From: Trichodelitschia bisporula
Taxonomy: Eukaryota
Length of the DNA: 64,000 bases
Direction: 5' to 3'
Assembly (NCBI GenBank): GCA_010356995.1
Contig: ML996691.1
Coordinates: 502,174-566,173, forward strand
A model generated the notes under the pieces. That model searched no databases. It worked only from the letters and a program-made list of their open reading frames with translations, and was not told where the DNA came from. A program made the position numbers and the translations under genes. Below, piece after piece: positions 59,562 to 64,000 of the stretch. Position 1 is the first letter of the stretch. Each line of letters opens with the position of its first letter.

Positions 59562-62500
59562 ATGGCTCCAATAAAGCGCGAAAGAGACGTTGAGACGAAC
59601 AAGCCGGCCCGGGATTCTGGATCCAGCAAGCGGCGCCGTCAGTACACGGAGCAGGACAGCAGATTGGCTAAGATATACGCCAACCTTGCAGACGAAAATC
59701 ACAGAACCCGGATCCAGGCCGCCAAAGAACTTGTCGTGGAATTGAACCCGGATAAGATTGATGACGGCAATGTGGTCGACCGCGCATTGACTCGATTGAT
59801 TAGGGGGTTATGTAGCGGTAGAAAGGCCGCTCGCCTCGGGTTTTCGATCGCCTTGACAGAGGTTGTTCGCCAGCTTTACGATGGAGTGCACACGGAACCC
59901 AAAGTTTCAGGCGCTTACAGTATGAGCCGGCTCCTTGAGCTCATTGAGGAGCGGACGCAACCTGAGGGTGATGTGGCTGGCCAGGTATGTTCAATTGATA
60001 GACCAAGGGAACATAAAGATTGACCTCCCACAGGAGAGACGCGATCACCTCTTTGGGCGCCTTTTTGCTCTCAAGAGTCTCGAACAGTCTTCTATCCTTA
60101 TCGAGCCTGACGAACCAGGCGAGCTGTGGAGCTCATATGTTGACAAGGTGTTTACCCTCGCATTGGACGTTGTATGGCTCCGGCAGGAGTGTGGTTCCTT
60201 GCTTCTGAACGCCATCACTAAGCTGTCCAAATATCCTGCTACCCGTGGAGGCAAGTACGTCGAGCGCATTCTTAATCTCATGGTTCAGCGGGGCATGAGC
60301 AAAACCCCAGAAGGAGTGGCAATTTGGCTCACGGCCAAAGCTGCATTTCCTGATTGCCAGTATCCCTTAGGAGTGTGGCATAAGGACGACCCTCTTTGCA
60401 CCAAGGAGACAAAAACGCTCTCAAACATTTTGAGGCAAGCCGGCCCCCAGGAGGAGCAAGTGAAGACTGGTACCTGGCAAGCGAAACCTGGCCTTGCCTG
60501 GAAAATTGTGCTCGAGAAGGTCATAGCACGCGCAGATAAGACATCAGGTCCGGACGTGTCCAAGTTCCAGAAGTTTTGGGTTGAAGTCGTCGACAGTAAG
60601 TCGGCTGGGTCCACGGACCTTCCGTTTATAACTCAGTTGCTAATTTCACAGACGGTTTGTTCTCGCAGAACTCCGTTCCGGAGAAGAAGCTCTGGGGCTT
60701 TCAGTTGTTCTCGGATATGCTTCAATCCGCTCCAAAATGGGCTTTAGCCTCCTTGTTTTCACGGAACCTCATGCGATGCTTGATCAATCATCTTGGTGAT
60801 GACGAGCGGACTTTACATGGAGCGGCCCAAGGCGCCCTAAAGCATCTTGTCGCCCAAGTTAAGGAGTGTCCTGATCTTGCGCCGATCATAGTCCGCGAAT
60901 TGATGGGCGAATATGGCTCCCCGTTCTTTGACCGTTTGACCAATACTAAGACGGTTGAAAACATCCTGAAAGCTACCGACGACGCTTCCTTTGAGGATAT
61001 CGTGGGTGTCTTGTCCGATCTCACCGAGCAGCCACCTTCCGAGGACGCCATGAAAGCGCAGACATGCCGTACCATGCTCGCGGACCTGGTCCTGGATGTG
61101 TTTCGTGTACGCTCTAAGGCAGCTGCCGGGAGCAAGGGGCTGGACAAGGCGCCGAAGTGGATGCGCCTAGTCCTAGAATTCTTCGCTCGATTCGCCTACC
61201 TCGTACCGCGGGAGGACGAGATTCAGTTTGAGATCGTTCCCATTACCCGTAAAATGTTTCAGATTCGGCTTTCGTCATGTCTCACTCACATCTTTACACT
61301 TAAACCGGAAAACCCTAGCGATTGGGCGTCCTTCGTCATCACGAAGCTCCACTCCCCACCAGGAGACTGGGAACTGACCATCAGCGCCGATGATGTGGTG
61401 GTCAAAAAAGTTGAACACGCGCAGAACCTTTTCAGCAAGATGGTGGTGCGCGAGTCCAAGGCCTCTGATCAACGGAAACCCGCTTTCCGGGCGCTCATTC
61501 TAGCGTTTTCGCTCACGTTCCTGCAACTATATGCAGGCGATGGAGATGCTCTTTTGCTTCTGGAAGACCTTGAATCCTGCTACACGTCCATTATCAAAGG
61601 AAATGGCGATGACGAGGCGTTCACCGCCCTCATTGAGATCCTCCTTTCCTTCCTGTCAAACCCGTCGAAGCTCTACCGCAAGGTGGCCGAGGAAGTGTTC
61701 ACCACATTCACGCCGAGCGTCACGAAAGACAGTCTGCAGTCGTTGATTGATATACTAGAAACACCGGAGACTTCGGCTGGTCAACGTGAGCTGTTTGCCA
61801 ACGAGGAGGAAGAAGATAGACTGTCACAGCTCGGATCCGATGTGGAAGAAATCTCGGATCCTGAAGGGGCTTCGGATGTGGAGGATATTTCGGACGTCGA
61901 GAAGGCCTCGGATGTGGAAATGATTGATCAGGTCGAGGCGGCGTCGGCCACAGATGATTCGGACTCCAATGACGATGAAGACTCTAACGGTTCCGACGAA
62001 GATTCTGACGACGGAGAGCTGAACCGGTTCAACGCACTCCTGGCCGAAACCCTGAAGACGGATGACACGAATGCAGAAGGGGAATCCTCGGATGAAGACA
62101 TGAACGATGACCAGATGATGGCCCTCGATGACCAGCTCGCCAACATCTTCAAGCAGCGCAAGTCACAGACGCAAGGCAACAGCAAGAAGGAGAAGAAGAA
62201 GACCCAAGAGCAGATGATCAACTTCAAGACCCGTGTTCTCGATCTCCTGACCATCTACGTGAAGCGAGAGTATGAGAACCCGCTGGCAGTCATGCTGGTT
62301 CTCCCTCTCCTGCGGCTGATGCGCACGAGCACGGGGCCATCATATCGTCTCCCGTCGAGGGCTTCCCAAGTCCTCAACTTGTACATGAATACAAACGGCA
62401 GGGCGAAAGCTGCCATTAGGCCCGAAAACACCGGGTTCGACGAAACCAAGGTGTGGGAGTATCTCCGAGAAGTCCACACGGAAGTCAAGAAGCCGGCTGC

Positions 62501-62705
62501 GGGACCGCACGCCCAGGCATGCAGCCGGGCGAGTCTTTTCTTCGCGAAACTCATCGTCGCCGCCGATAGGGAGAGTTACAACAAGGTCGTTGACCTGTAT
62601 GCGGAAACTCAGAAGGACTGGTTTCTCAAACGCAATTCGCCCATCCAGGCGACTTTCTTCACGGGGTGGATTAGCTGGTCGGTAAACGTACGCTGCGAAA
62701 GGTAA
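59562..62705 (+). CDS. POL5: Pol5 / MYBBP1A-like nucleolar protein ('DNA polymerase phi'; 3 exons)
   Basis: RLIRGLCSGRKAARLGFSIALTE, ERRDHLFGRLF, KTPEGVAIW, NLMRCLINH, acidic tract, DDQMMALDDQLANIFK, NFKTRVLDLL. Confidence 0.92.
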
Positions 62706-64000
62706 TTTTGGAGCCTTGCGTGATCGAGGGCCTTCGAGCGGACCAGGTCTTCAGGATACAGATAGATAGTCGGATGGAAGCGATTTCATAGAGCTGTGTA
62801 ATACAAACAGGTTTGGTTGCTATGTTGAGGTGCCGGGTTACGTCGTATATATCAAATTTCGGGCCGCCCTGCCAACGCAGCAGGCTTAGACGGAAAGAGA
62901 AGCTGTCCAGAGGCTACCTCGAAGCTAATGTATAGATCACGACACTTGCTCGCGGCCGATTGGCGCCGCTAGGCTGCACGACATAGCGGTCGTGTTAGCA
63001 TGGTGGTTCGCACGGCAGCACCTAGGTCTAGTGCCCCGTCGCACGGCGGCCAGACAAAATTTGGTGGGACACCGTAGGCGAGGAGACGGGCGCGGGATGC
63101 ACGTAAAGGATGCATTGCGCCGTTGCACGGGCGAACCGGCCCAGACGCTGTGCCAGCGCCAGGCCCATACACGCAGCCGGAGCGCAGGGCAATGAGCAAC
63201 TTTGTCTCGTTACGCAGTCTGCAGCTGGCCGCTGGGGTCGGCCGGGAAGGGTAGGAAGGGTAGGAAGGGACGATAAATCGGGTTGTAGGCCTGGGTTTGG
63301 GACGGGCGGCCCAGATGCCTTCACGCGCGCGGATGCTGCTCAGCTCAGCTCAGCTCGGTTCAGCTCAGCGGGCGATATTGCGGAGGTAAATAGGAAGCTC
63401 GCGCGTCGAGTGCTTGCCTGCTGGCACTGGGAGTTGAAACGGCGAGATGAGGTGCAATTAGTCATGTCGCCAATGGGGCAAACGGTGCAGGACGCGCAGC
63501 AGCCTCGCCATTCGCTGGGCGCTGTTCGAGCGCGACGGCTTCAGAACGCGTATCCGCCGATGGGGAGGAGCTTGGGCGCTGTACGTGCATGAGAGAGGGG
63601 AGGAGAGACGCTGGGATTTATTAGGGAGCAAGGAAGGTCCTTGATGACGAAGGGCGATTAGTTCCGCAGGAGGCCCGTTCGGCGACGCGACGATGCAGTT
63701 GCTGAGCCAGCGGAGCTGCAGCCCGGTGGTGCAGGCCCCCCCCGCAAGCAAGCAACAAGCTTCGGTTCGTCAAGAAGCGCGTTCCGGCGTCAAAAAGACT
63801 CCTCTTTTCTGCAGTTCGGCGGGACTTGCCCAGCAGCCTCTTTTCTTGGGTTCTTCTTCTCCGCAGCAAGGCTCGGTTCGGCTATTGCCCAGGCACGCCC
63901 GTCCCATGTGGCCAATAGGCCCCGCCCGAGCCGATCACGCATGCACGCGTTGTTTGCAGACGACGCGTCGCGTCTCCCCCGACCCTTCCCCACCCAAAAC

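Noticed and set aside
62900..64000. GC-rich ORFs and short AGCTC and GGGTAGGAA repeats at the window end
   Set aside because: No supportable coding or RNA feature. Probably regulatory sequence of a gene beyond the window.

Overview
Intron-rich genomic DNA from a filamentous ascomycete (Pezizomycotina, probably Eurotiomycetes; inferred from GT..CTAAC..AG introns and gene content). About 21 protein-coding loci can be supported. They are a stand-alone CDH-type cytochrome (AA8), a Zn2Cys6 transcription factor, an Emp47/ERGIC-53 lectin, PHB2, a dienelactone hydrolase, a Sas2-like MYST acetyltransferase, a frameshifted conserved gene, HEM4, ERV1, a ~1,300-aa secreted repeat protein, an RCR-family protein, a DUF4449/BPI-like protein, malic enzyme, a DUF3824 RS-rich protein, RPL28/uL15, a hidden 56-aa microprotein, AP-1 beta, VID27, an amino-acid/GABA permease, POL5, and a low-confidence orphan or pseudogene. 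The stretch from ~1.2 to 9.5 kb is gene-poor and carries mobile-element relics (a Tad1-like LINE end, two copies of a foldback MITE and a hAT-like MITE). The most interesting items not explained by the ORF track are: a three-exon Mco6-like microprotein with an ATG-only first exon; a nested-helix candidate ncRNA between the lectin and PHB2; a long stem-loop in an RPL28 intron; the giant modular Gly/Pro/Gln/Arg repeat protein; and a PTS1-like C-terminus on malic enzyme. All family assignments come from motif recognition by eye; no searches were run.
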